Assembly (NCBI GenBank): GCA_036263975.1
Contig: DATARW010000039.1
Coordinates: forward strand, 30,669-94,668
Direction of reading: 5' to 3'
DNA length: 64,000 nucleotides
From: Pyrinomonadaceae bacterium
Lineage (GTDB): Bacteria > Acidobacteriota > Blastocatellia > Pyrinomonadales > Pyrinomonadaceae
Position 1 is the stretch's first letter; each line of letters begins with the position of its first letter. Below the pieces are notes generated by a model. That model was not told the DNA's origin. It saw nothing but the letters and a program-made list of their open reading frames with translations, and searched no databases. Shown here piece by piece: positions 36,732-45,784 of the stretch. The translations under genes were made by a program, and so were the position numbers.

Positions 36732-38582
36732 ATGCTCCAGAAAACTCTTCGTGCTGCCTTCTTGTGTGCGCTCGTCGCCGCCTCCGCCGCGGGCGCGAGC
36801 GCACAGTCATCAGCCCCGCCGCAAAACGCGAACCCGGCGACCCGACCCGACGCTACCGCGCAGAACAATGCGGCGGGCGTAAGCGTGTCGGGCAGTCTCT
36901 TCGGCCTCGAAGAGATGCGGCAGCAGTTGCGCGAGCAGCGCGAGCAGATAGACGAGCTGCGCGCCGCGCTCAAAGAGCAGTCGCGTCTCATCGGCGAGCT
37001 GAGCGCGCGCGTCGAGCGGGCCGGGACTCAGGTGGCGACTCAAGGCTCGAAGGCGGTCGTCCGCGAAGCGGCCTACTCGCCCGGCGCTGCCGAAGCGGGA
37101 GGCTCGGCGCGAGCTACGAGCAGCGCGGCGGAGGCGGCAGGAGGCGAAGCGGCGGGGGCCGCGCCGAACCCGGAGATGGAGCGGCGCGTCGAGAAGCAGT
37201 CGAAGAAGACGGGCGAGGCGGTCGCGAAGCAGCTCGGCTCGCTCACCTTCAGCGGCGACCTGCGACTCCGCTACGAATCTTTTTACGGCCAGCAGAACGC
37301 GCTCGCCAGCAGCGACAACCCCAACACGCTCGGCAACCCGCTCTCGACGCGCCAGCGCCTGCGCCTGCGCGCGCGCTTGGGCGTGCGAGGCCGTGTCACG
37401 GACGAGTTCGAGTGGGGACTGCGCCTCGCCACCGGCTCTTTCGCAGACATGACCTCGACCAACCAGACGCTCACGGACTTCTTCACCCGCAAGCCCTTCG
37501 CGCTCGATCAGGCGTACATCACTTACAAGCCGAAGGCGCTTCCGGGCTTCCAGATTCAGGCGGGAAAATTCGAGACGCCGTGGACGCGCACTGAGCTGAC
37601 ATGGGACAACGACATCTCGACCGAGGGCTTGAGCGAGAGCTACACGCGCGCGTTCAAAGATTCCGCGTTCAAAAATCTCGCGCTCGTCGCGTGGCAACTC
37701 CCGATGCTCGAACGCAACGCCGCCTTCGTCGTCGGCGCGGACGGCCACGTTGACCTCTCGGCTTCGGCGCGCGCGGGCCGCGACCTCGCGCTCTACGGCG
37801 CACAGGCGCGCATCGAGGTCGCGCCGTCGAAGCATGTCTCGCTCAAGCTCTCGGCCTCAGACCTCTACTTTTCGGGGACGCAGCTCATCACCCCCGCGCA
37901 GGTCTTCGGCGCGAACATACAGTTCCCCGTCACCGTCAACATCCCCGCGTCGGGCACCAGCCCGGCGCGCACCGTCACCACGCAGGTCTCCATCCCGCGC
38001 GACCTGCTCGTCGCCGGCAACGCCAACCTCGGCCTCTTGACCGCGAACACAAACGCCGTGAACCGCGACGGACGACTCTCCTCCGGCTACAATCTCGTTG
38101 ACCTCATCGCGCGCGCAGATCTCACGCACAGCAAGCGTTGGCCCGTCATGCTGCTCTTCGACTTCGTTGACAACACGCAGACGCACGCGGTCGTCGTGGC
38201 GGGGCCGACCGGCGCGGACGTTCTGCTGCCGAACCACGAGGGCCGTGGCTACTGGGCCGAGTTTCAGGTCGGCAAGGACGTGCTCCGCCTGCCCGTGGAC
38301 AATATCGCGCGCGGCGATGTGATGCTCAGCTACACGTTCATGCGCATCGGGAAGGACGCCATCCTTTCGCCCTTCAACGCCAGCGACATCGGCCAGTCAA
38401 CGGACGCGCGCGTGCACCGCTTCATCGTCGGCTACGCCCTCGACCCGCGCGTCCAGCTCACGCTGACCGGCTTCTTCACCGAGCGACCCAACGGGGTCAA
38501 CGGCCCTTTCGCGCCGACGCCGCCCGGCTCGCTCAACCGCACGGCGACGCGTTTGCAGTTCGACACGATTCTGCGCTTCTGA
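36732..38582 (+). CDS. Outer-membrane porin-like beta-barrel with an N-terminal coiled coil
   Basis: Signal peptide MLQKTLRAAFLCALVAASAAGASA, a coiled coil, alternating beta-strand pattern, and the C-terminal ...LQFDTILRF aromatic terminus. Confidence 0.7.
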   Translation: MLQKTLRAAFLCALVAASAAGASAQSSAPPQNANPATRPDATAQNNAAGVSVSGSLFGLEEMRQQLREQREQIDELRAALKEQSRLIGELSARVERAGTQVATQGSKAVVREAAYSPGAAEAGGSARATSSAAEAAGGEAAGAAPNPEMERRVEKQSKKTGEAVAKQLGSLTFSGDLRLRYESFYGQQNALASSDNPNTLGNPLSTRQRLRLRARLGVRGRVTDEFEWGLRLATGSFADMTSTNQTLTDFFTRKPFALDQAYITYKPKALPGFQIQAGKFETPWTRTELTWDNDISTEGLSESYTRAFKDSAFKNLALVAWQLPMLERNAAFVVGADGHVDLSASARAGRDLALYGAQARIEVAPSKHVSLKLSASDLYFSGTQLITPAQVFGANIQFPVTVNIPASGTSPARTVTTQVSIPRDLLVAGNANLGLLTANTNAVNRDGRLSSGYNLVDLIARADLTHSKRWPVMLLFDFVDNTQTHAVVVAGPTGADVLLPNHEGRGYWAEFQVGKDVLRLPVDNIARGDVMLSYTFMRIGKDAILSPFNASDIGQSTDARVHRFIVGYALDPRVQLTLTGFFTERPNGVNGPFAPTPPGSLNRTATRLQFDTILRF

Positions 38583-38706
38583 AGGTGAGAGAGGAAGAGA
38601 GATGCGTAACGGAAATTTAACCGGGCGGTAACTCTTTGCTAGCCCCGCGCGGCTACACTTCGCTACAAATGCCCGCCTGAATGTTCCTCTCTCTGTGGCT
38701 GCGCGA

Positions 38707-38750
38707 GAAGGGGCCGCGGACTCGAACGAAGTCCGCGGCCCCTTCGTTTG
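38707..38750. terminator. Strong bidirectional intrinsic terminator between the porin gene and nuiA
   Basis: GAAGGGGCCGCGGACT-CGAACGA-AGTCCGCGGCCCCTTC (16-bp perfect stem) followed by GTTTGT. Confidence 0.75.
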
Positions 38751-38806
38751 TCACGGGCGTGAATTAGCCGCGGCGGCGCAAGGTGCCTGCGCCGCCGCCG
38801 CGGCGT

Positions 38807-39217
38807 TTACGTCTCGACGACGCGCGTCGAAAGCCCGATGAGGCCGCCCGACGGGCCGCGCCCCAACACATAGACGGGCATGTTGACGACGCCCACGCGG
38901 AAGACCTTCAAGTCCGACAAGTTCTCTTCGAGCAGCCGCAGCAGCGCCTGAAATCTGCGCGCCGCAGCCAGCTCCGCCCCGCCCTTCCACTCAGGCTCGG
39001 ACGCGGCGGCGCGGAAGAACTCGGCGGCGCTAAGCGCCTCGACCGGGGCTGCGGGGTCATGCCCCGTCAGGCCGCGCAGGAACTCCGGCGTCAAGGAGGC
39101 GACGCCTTCCCATCTGAACACCTCCAGCGGGTAGTCCGACTCGCTCATGAAAGACAGCCCGCGCGTCGCCTCTTCCAACTCCTCAATCAATTGGTCGTCG
39201 GTCTTCATAATTTTCAT
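38807..39217 (-). CDS. nuiA: Nuclease A inhibitor-like protein (NuiA family)
   Basis: 136 aa. SESDYPLEVF.W and the overall pattern resemble NuiA. It lies immediately downstream of a NucA-type nuclease gene. Confidence 0.7.
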   Translation of the reverse strand: MKIMKTDDQLIEELEEATRGLSFMSESDYPLEVFRWEGVASLTPEFLRGLTGHDPAAPVEALSAAEFFRAAASEPEWKGGAELAAARRFQALLRLLEENLSDLKVFRVGVVNMPVYVLGRGPSGGLIGLSTRVVET

Positions 39218-39237
39218 GCTCGGTCTTCATAATTTTC
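39199..39237. repeat. Direct duplication (period 22 bp) covering the nuiA start
   Basis: CGGTCTTCATAATTTTC occurs at 39199-39215 and again at 39221-39237. Confidence 0.85.
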
Positions 39238-39312
39238 GAGCGCTGCCCAAAGCAGTCCACCCCCTGCGGGGCGGGAGGCGGACTGTCCCGCGCGCGCCGC
39301 GGTGGGCGCGGC

Positions 39313-40605
39313 CTACTGGTTGTCCACCGTCGCCTCGATGACGTTCTGGATGCTGACGGGGACGTTCGAGAAAAAGTCGTAGCCCGTCAAAGCCTCCACC
39401 TGGTCAACGCTCACGCGATAGCTGCGCCAGTCGTTGGCGCGTATCCCCTGCGTGTTCGGCAGGATGACGGCGATGGTGCGCGTCGAGGTCGTGACGCGCG
39501 ACACGTCGTTCGTGCCGACGGGCAAGACCATGATGACCTTCCAGGTCTGCGAAGGGACGGCGACGTGCCCGGAGGCGATGGTGGTGGTCGTCCCGCCGTT
39601 CGACCCCGTGCCGCCCGAACCCGACCCGCCCGCGATGATGTACAGCTCGTCGCCGGAGCTGACGAGCGTGCGGCAGTAAGATTCGAGAGCCTCCCAGGGC
39701 CCCTGGTTGTTGTCGGGAGCCTGCGGCATCATGTTGCTCATCAGGAACGTGGCCGAGTTGTCCGCGACCGTGCTCGTGCGGTCGCCGGAGGGGCAGTGGT
39801 GGCCGCGGTCGAAGCCCGACCCCGTGTAGTCCGTGCCCTGCACCTGATACCAGCCCGCGGGCAGGGTGGTGTCGTTGCGGAAGTCGTCCTGGCGCGCGGT
39901 GCTGCCGAGCCACGTCGAATCCAGGTGCCAGCTTACCCAGTTGGGACGCCCCTTGTCGCGGTTGTATGAGACGGCGTACTGCGGCTTGTCGAGCAGGTAG
40001 TTCGAGGGCTGGTTCACGTCCGCCGTCGCGTTCGAGGGGTTGCCCATCGTCAGGTGCTCGCCCGCCGGGGGCGGCGGCGCGCCGCTGGGATTGACGGTGA
40101 CGTTGTCAATGTTGATGCGGTTGGCCCCGCCGCTCACCTTGCGGATCGAGAGGCGGACGGCACCAGCCGAGTTGACGTTGAAGGTCGCCGTCTGAAGCGT
40201 CGTCGAAGTCGTGCTGACGGTCGAGCCGACCTTGGAGTAGCTGGAGCCGCCGTTGGTCGAGGCCCAAAGCTCCCAGGACGACGCGCCGTCGGAGCTGAAG
40301 ACGGCGTGCTGGACGGTGACGGTTCCGGCGCTTGAGAAGTCGAAGTTGGTGCTGATCGCGCCGACGTTGCGAATGCGCGCGGAGGCCGCGCCCGTCTTGC
40401 GGTCGGTCGAGAGGTTGCCGATGAGCGCGTCGTCGAAGAACCACCATCCCGTCGAGAGGAAAACGTTGGCGGCGGCGTAAGCGGTCTTCGAGCCGCTCTC
40501 GAAGCCTTCGGTCATGGCTTGCGCCCCGGCCTTGAACGGCAGCGAGAGCGCGACGAGCAGTGCGAGCGCGCAGGCGAGCGCGGCGTGGGTGCGGAACTTT
40601 CTCAT
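39313..40605 (-). CDS. nucA: Secreted DNA/RNA non-specific endonuclease (NucA-like, beta-beta-alpha-Me) with an N-terminal beta-rich domain
   Basis: Signal peptide MRKFRTHAALACALALLVALSL. Catalytic motif GFDRGHHCPSGDR. ATG 40605 with AGGAGG upstream. Confidence 0.85.
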   Translation of the reverse strand: MRKFRTHAALACALALLVALSLPFKAGAQAMTEGFESGSKTAYAAANVFLSTGWWFFDDALIGNLSTDRKTGAASARIRNVGAISTNFDFSSAGTVTVQHAVFSSDGASSWELWASTNGGSSYSKVGSTVSTTSTTLQTATFNVNSAGAVRLSIRKVSGGANRINIDNVTVNPSGAPPPPAGEHLTMGNPSNATADVNQPSNYLLDKPQYAVSYNRDKGRPNWVSWHLDSTWLGSTARQDDFRNDTTLPAGWYQVQGTDYTGSGFDRGHHCPSGDRTSTVADNSATFLMSNMMPQAPDNNQGPWEALESYCRTLVSSGDELYIIAGGSGSGGTGSNGGTTTTIASGHVAVPSQTWKVIMVLPVGTNDVSRVTTSTRTIAVILPNTQGIRANDWRSYRVSVDQVEALTGYDFFSNVPVSIQNVIEATVDNQ

Positions 40606-40838
40606 CAAAAGTCTCCTCCTGTGGTTTGGGAAAGGGAAAGGCGTGCGCGCCCGACCGCTGGCTGGCCGGGCACACGTCGAGAGTTGCGAAGGGTTAGTGC
40701 GCGGCTGCCGGGGGGCAGGCCGTCCCCGGTAACTGCGCGGACTCAGAAGCTGAGGAGGGTTGAACTGCGGGGCGAAGTGGGTGTCACTGTATCCCGTGCC
40801 GGGGAAGCCTTCAAGTTTTTTTTCGTTAAAGAGGTTTC

Positions 40839-40878
40839 GGAAAAGGCGGAAGCCTGATTGTGTAAGGAGGGCTTCCGC
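40839..40878 (-). terminator. Intrinsic terminator after the AIM24 gene pair
   Basis: Minus-strand GCGGAAGCC-(15 nt)-GGCUUCCGC followed by CUUUUCC, 8 nt after the stop at 40886. Confidence 0.6.
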
Positions 40879-40885
40879 TTCCCAG

Positions 40886-41797
40886 TTACCACCGTTGTCT
40901 GGTCGCCGTGCTGTGGCGCGTGATGTTGCGGCCATTGTCGTGCATGTGCGCGTAGGCCGACTGCACGGCCACGCGGCCCGGCCCGAAGAGGCGCAGCCAG
41001 AGGTAGCGCTCGCCCCACGAGCGCCAGGAGCGCGTCGTCCCGTTCGGGTGCTCGAAGTGGAGCTGCATCTGCACGGAAGGGTCTTTGAAGAGAAGCGCCG
41101 TCGGCTTCACCAGAATCGTCTGCCCCTGCGCGAGGTGGCGCGTGAAGACGTTGCCCGCGGCGTGCAGCAGCAGAAGGCCCGGCGACTGCGGGGCGTAGAA
41201 GCGATCCATGTATGCGCCCAGGGGGTAGTGCGTCTCGGTCTCGTCGCCGTTGCGCGTGTTGAACCAGACGTTCGTGGAGAACCAGTCGTAGGTGATGTTG
41301 AGGGTCGCCACCATGAAGATGTGCTCGCGCACGTCAACGCCCTGGCCGGGTTGGAGCGGGAGTGCGATCACTTCGCCTGCGGCGTCCATCGAGAAGGCGA
41401 TGTGGCCGGGGCCGACGGCCTGCGTCATGATGAGCGGGAGTCCCGCGAAGAGGCGCTTCCAAGCGCCTTTCAGAGACATCGCGGTGATGTTCACCTGCGG
41501 CTCTTTCCACAGAAGGACGTGGTGCGAGAAGTAGACGCCGTCCGCAGGCGAGAGGTTGAAGTCGGCGACGGGGACGTAAGTTCCTTCGATCTGGCAGTGG
41601 GAGTTGCCGAACTGCAACTTCGCCATGTCGTGCCTGCCCGGTAGCTCCGTCCAGCCGGAGTTCGTCACGATTCGCTCGACATCAATGGTCGCGCCGCAGG
41701 CGGGGCAGTTCAACTGCGTGCCGTCCGAGACGAGGCCGCACCAGGGGCACGTGTGCGTGCGCGTCGGTTGGTTCGGGGCCGTGCCGCCGAGAGTCAT
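40886..41797 (-). CDS. Zinc-ribbon + AIM24/DUF124 (TIGR00266-like) protein
   Basis: N-terminal CPWCG...CPACG ribbon. The AIM24-like body follows (FSHHVLLW, GPGHIAFS, VDVREHIFMVAT, GLLLLHAAGNVF, LVKPTALLF, LFGPGRVAVQS). Confidence 0.75.
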   Translation of the reverse strand: MTLGGTAPNQPTRTHTCPWCGLVSDGTQLNCPACGATIDVERIVTNSGWTELPGRHDMAKLQFGNSHCQIEGTYVPVADFNLSPADGVYFSHHVLLWKEPQVNITAMSLKGAWKRLFAGLPLIMTQAVGPGHIAFSMDAAGEVIALPLQPGQGVDVREHIFMVATLNITYDWFSTNVWFNTRNGDETETHYPLGAYMDRFYAPQSPGLLLLHAAGNVFTRHLAQGQTILVKPTALLFKDPSVQMQLHFEHPNGTTRSWRSWGERYLWLRLFGPGRVAVQSAYAHMHDNGRNITRHSTATRQRW

Positions 41798-41812
41798 GGC
41801 CGAAAGCCCTCC

Positions 41813-42850
41813 TCAGTCTGTGTGGTGGTGGACATACATGGACTGGATGCCGACTCTACCGGGGCCGGTCATGCGCGCGAGGTTCATCCCCGTGCCGCCG
41901 AAAAAGCCCGTGGTCAGCTTCTGCGTCTCGACGTTCATCGTCACGGAGGCGTCCTTGTAGAGGAACGCGCCCGGCTCGATCATGATGCTCTCGCCCGGCT
42001 GCAACACGCGCTCGAACACGTCGCCGTAGCCGTGCAGCAGAAGCAGTCCCGGCTGCTGGCCCGTGACGAAGCGATCCATGAACATGCCCTGCCCGCCGAA
42101 GAGGATGTTCCGAAGGCCCTTGATGCGGACGTAGGAATAAGAGATGTGGTGCGAGGCGAGGAGGAAGGCGTGCTCGCGCACGTCCAGCTCCATGCCGGGG
42201 TGCAAAGGCATGACGACCAGCTCGCCCGTGGCGTCGCGCGAGAAGGCGATGCGGCCCGGCCCGTAGGCGAGGCTGATGATGAAGGGCATGCCGGCGAGAG
42301 CGCGCTTGATGCCGCCTTGCAGGGGCATCACGCCCATCGGCGTGCGGTCGTCCTTCCAGAGCATGACGTGGTGCTCGAAGAAGACCGAATCGCCCTGCGC
42401 GAGGTTCAGCTCGGCGACGGGGACGATCTCGCCCTCGACCTGGCAGGTGCTCGCGCCGAAGTGAATCTCCGTCATGTCCTTGATGCGCGGGGCCTCGCGC
42501 CAGCCCGACTCGCTCACAAGGTTCTTGATGTCCAAAGGCGCACCGCACGCGCGGCACGACAGCGCCGTCTTCTCGTTCATCGCCTGACACCACTCGCAAC
42601 GGAGGCGTTCGAGCGGGTCTGCCGCCGGAGCATTCGCGACGCGCGGCGCTTCGACGCGTCGCGGCTCGGCGTGCTGCGGCGCGGGCGTCGGCTGAACGAC
42701 CGGGCCTGACGGCCAGCCCTGCGCCGCCGGCTGGTTGTACTGCTGCCCGGCTGAAGGCGTCGGCGCGTCTTCGACCAGACGCGTGCCGTCGAGACCGCAG
42801 AAAGCCTTCGTGTCGTCGAAGGTTCGGTTACACGTGGGACAGTGCTTCAT
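41813..42850 (-). CDS. Double zinc-ribbon + AIM24/DUF124 (TIGR00266-like) protein
   Basis: CPTCN..FCGLDG and CEWCQ...CRACG ribbons, then an AIM24-like body collinear with the downstream paralogue. ATG 42850 with a GGAGG RBS. Confidence 0.75.
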   Translation of the reverse strand: MKHCPTCNRTFDDTKAFCGLDGTRLVEDAPTPSAGQQYNQPAAQGWPSGPVVQPTPAPQHAEPRRVEAPRVANAPAADPLERLRCEWCQAMNEKTALSCRACGAPLDIKNLVSESGWREAPRIKDMTEIHFGASTCQVEGEIVPVAELNLAQGDSVFFEHHVMLWKDDRTPMGVMPLQGGIKRALAGMPFIISLAYGPGRIAFSRDATGELVVMPLHPGMELDVREHAFLLASHHISYSYVRIKGLRNILFGGQGMFMDRFVTGQQPGLLLLHGYGDVFERVLQPGESIMIEPGAFLYKDASVTMNVETQKLTTGFFGGTGMNLARMTGPGRVGIQSMYVHHHTD

Positions 42851-42913
42851 TGATTCCTCCGAGTTGACTCGATGTTCTCGCCCCGACAAGATCGCGCGCG
42901 GGCGGCACGCAAG

Positions 42914-44821
42914 CTACTCGCGCCCCTTCAGCGTGTAGGCGAGCAGGCGCTCATCCTTCGCAGTGTAGAGCAGGCCCGACACCTCGTCGCTGATGAAGCG
43001 CGCGTCCGGCTCATTGAGACGGACAGAGCGCGCGGCCTCGCCCGTGTTGACGTTGACGCCGACGAGTCCGCGCCCGCCGCCGCCTCTTAACTCCGTGTAG
43101 AAATACATCCACTGCCCTTGCAGGGCCGCGAGGCGGCGGCGACGCAGGAGGAAGCGCGAGAGCCGATCCAACTGGCTCGCCGGGTCGAGCCGGTCGAGCA
43201 GTCGGTCTTCCACGTCAACTGAGGGTCGCGGCACGTTCTGAACGGACGGGCGCGGCACGCTCGGCAGGCGCGGCGCGGAAGCCAGACGTGCGCGTGAGAG
43301 AATGCCGAAGGTCGAGAACTGTTGGCGCACGTAGTCGCGTGCGTAATCGCGCGCGCGGTTTTCGGCGAGCGTGGTCAGCCCCGGCAGCGTCGCGTGCGCC
43401 GCGAGACCCGACCAGCGAAGGCTGTTGAGCGTGCCGAGCAACTGCGCGCTGCGGAAGACGGTCGAGGCCGTGCCGCCATAGCGGAAGTAGAGCGAGGCCG
43501 CGCGCGCCGCGACCGCCGCCACGGTGCGCAGGACGCCGCGGCCCGGCGGGTCGTGCCGCTCGCGCCAGAGTTCGCTCCCGCCCGTAGAGTTGAAGGCCGC
43601 CAGCTCGTTCGTCCCGCCGACGACCACCTCGCCGCCCTCGTTGACGAGGACGAAGGCCGCGCGCTCGACGTGGTGCGAAACCTTCAGCCGCCGCTTGCCC
43701 GTCGCCGCGTCGAGGAAGATGAGGTCGTCGTGGTCTGCGACGACGACCGTGGAGGCGTCCGGGAGCGCGATGTTCGTGATGCCCTTGTCAGCGCCCTTGT
43801 AGCGCCAGATGACTTTGCCGCTCGACGCCTCGACGGCGCTGACGCCGAAGGGGCCGCGCGCGCGCGGCTCGCCGTCCGCGAGGCGCGTGAACTCGCCGCC
43901 CGTCCTGACGTAGATGACGCCGCCCGCGAGAATCATCTCCGGCGTCACGCCCAGGTCTTTCGACTCCCAGACGGTATCGCCGTCCTCGCGCGCGACGGCG
44001 CGCACGTGGCCGCGCCCCGAAATGTAAACGTTGCGCTCGTCGGCGAGCGGTTCCGCGTCCGTGAGTGCGAGTCCGTCCTCGTTGACGTGAAACTTCTCGC
44101 GGCGGCGCTCGCCGCCCGTCTGCGCGTCGAGCGAGGTGACGCCCTCGTAGAAGAGGTAGAGCCGCCCGTCGAGGAAGGCGGGCGGGCGATAGTTGTCGAG
44201 CGTGTAATCTACTTCGTCGCCCTCGCCCTCGCCTCCGCCGAGCGCAGGCATCATCTCGACTTCGCTCTCCAGCTCGCGATGCCAAAGCTCCTCGCCCGCC
44301 GCGAGGTCGAAGAGATGAACGACCGGCTTCTTCTTGAAGCCGTCGCGCGCCGTGCCGTGCGCGCCGTGCACGAGGACTGCGGCGAGCAGGTGCGCTTCGG
44401 GGTCGAAGGCCGTCTGCATCAAGGAGCCGCGCACCTTGTCGCTGCGCCAGAGCGCGTCGCCGGTGAGCAGGTCTGCGGCTTCGAGCCGCGTCTTGTCGCC
44501 GCGCTCGAAGGTCAGGAGCAGAACGTCCGTGCCGGGAACGGGCGCAACATCCGTCTCGTTGAGGCGCGCGTTCTTCAGACGCCAGAGCACGTCGCCCGTC
44601 TCGCCGTCCACGCCGTAGAGAGACTTCTCCGTGCCGACGACGACGACGCCCAGCTCCGTCGCCTGATAGAAGCGAACCCGCCCGTCGAACTTCGCAGCCC
44701 ACTGCTGCGCCGCCGACGCGCGCCGCGCGCCGCCGCAAAGAAGCAGGGCGACGGCGGCCAGCAAAAGCAGGAGACGTTTTTGCGCCGTCCGGCGCAGGCT
44801 TCCATGTGTCGAGCGAGGCAC
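42914..44821 (-). CDS. Secreted PQQ-like (BamB-type) beta-propeller repeat protein
   Basis: Signal peptide, then repeated G(D/E)xxW(R/E) propeller blades (GDVLWRL, GDALWRS, GEELWHR, GDTVWES, GKVIWRY, GSELWRE). Confidence 0.8.
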   Translation of the reverse strand: MPRSTHGSLRRTAQKRLLLLLAAVALLLCGGARRASAAQQWAAKFDGRVRFYQATELGVVVVGTEKSLYGVDGETGDVLWRLKNARLNETDVAPVPGTDVLLLTFERGDKTRLEAADLLTGDALWRSDKVRGSLMQTAFDPEAHLLAAVLVHGAHGTARDGFKKKPVVHLFDLAAGEELWHRELESEVEMMPALGGGEGEGDEVDYTLDNYRPPAFLDGRLYLFYEGVTSLDAQTGGERRREKFHVNEDGLALTDAEPLADERNVYISGRGHVRAVAREDGDTVWESKDLGVTPEMILAGGVIYVRTGGEFTRLADGEPRARGPFGVSAVEASSGKVIWRYKGADKGITNIALPDASTVVVADHDDLIFLDAATGKRRLKVSHHVERAAFVLVNEGGEVVVGGTNELAAFNSTGGSELWRERHDPPGRGVLRTVAAVAARAASLYFRYGGTASTVFRSAQLLGTLNSLRWSGLAAHATLPGLTTLAENRARDYARDYVRQQFSTFGILSRARLASAPRLPSVPRPSVQNVPRPSVDVEDRLLDRLDPASQLDRLSRFLLRRRRLAALQGQWMYFYTELRGGGGRGLVGVNVNTGEAARSVRLNEPDARFISDEVSGLLYTAKDERLLAYTLKGRE

Positions 44822-45174
44822 GCTGGTGAGACTACCTTATCGCGCGACCGCCCCGCAAATTCTCTCGCGGTCGGAGGCGCGTTGGCCGCGCGGCTCTGTT
44901 TTTTTCAGTGCCTCGGACTCGAAGCGGCTTTCGGTGAGGACGGAGGGAGCGCAGCGCAACTCCGGCGTGAGACCGCCGAAAGCGATGAGCTTCTGTAGAT
45001 TTCTCTCAAGCGAAGGCGGGCGGTCAAGCGAATCACTTGCCCCAAACGCCGATGCGTTTTTGCACCAGCTTTTCAACCTCCAGCGGCACGCCGTCGGCTT
45101 TCGCCTGACGAATGAACTCGCCGTCAATCTTGAAAATCCGCATCTTGGGTGCAGAACCCCTTCGCCGAAGTTGA

Positions 45175-45540
45175 CTTCAAGACGAGCGGCGGCTCGGACA
45201 GCTACAACGCCTTCCCGGCTTCTGGCAGTCAGACCTGATCTTGAGCAAGCGCATCCCCGTGACCGAGACCGTCAGGCTCGAATTCCGCACGGAGATTTTC
45301 AACGTCTTCAACCACGCGAACTTCGCCAACCCGTCCTCGACGCTCAACGTCGCGTTGCCGTCGCTCAACTTCAATCCGGCGGCGGGCGGCTTCGTGCTCG
45401 GCGCGGGGCAGCAGCCCGGACAAGCCTACACGCAGTCGGCTGCGGGCGCGTCCTTCGGCCTCCTGCGCCAGACGGTCGAGCGCGTGGTCGGCCTCGGCAC
45501 GAACCGCCAGATTCAGTTCGCGCTGCGCCTGAGTTTCTAA
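45175..45540 (+). pseudogene. C-terminal remnant of a TonB-dependent outer-membrane receptor
   Basis: ...SDLILSKRIPVTETVRLEFRTEIFNVFNHANF...RQIQFALRLSF is the last ~100 aa of a TonB-dependent barrel ending in Phe. There is no upstream plug/barrel sequence. A GSDSYNA fragment lies in another frame at about 45190. Confidence 0.65.
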
Positions 45541-45568
45541 TACCGGGTTGGTAAGGGGGCATGGTTCG

Positions 45569-45624
45569 GAGTTCAAGCTTTGGCTTGCTCCCCCGTCGAG
45601 GACGGCAAGCCAAAGCTTGAACTC
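45569..45624. repeat. Perfect 20-bp-arm hairpin after the receptor remnant
   Basis: GAGTTCAAGCTTTGGCTTGC (45569-45588) is the exact reverse complement of 45605-45624. Confidence 0.85.
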
Positions 45625-45784
45625 TGAAACCCTCCTTCAATTGCATCCTGGGATAAGAAGCCGCTTGACGAAGCTCTTGGGCGGCGCGCGCGTCCACGCG
45701 CCGGGCGCAGTTGTGATAACCTTACAGCCTGCTTTGCCGACGACTTGACTCTCGAACATCCCGCGGGCCGACGGCCTGACTCTT

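Noticed and set aside
45033-45143. 36-codon minus-strand ORF MRIFKIDGEFIRQAKADGVPLEVEKLVQKRIGVWGK
   Set aside because: It reads like a plausible peptide or a gene fragment, but it is too short to support without homology evidence. It lies in a decayed region.
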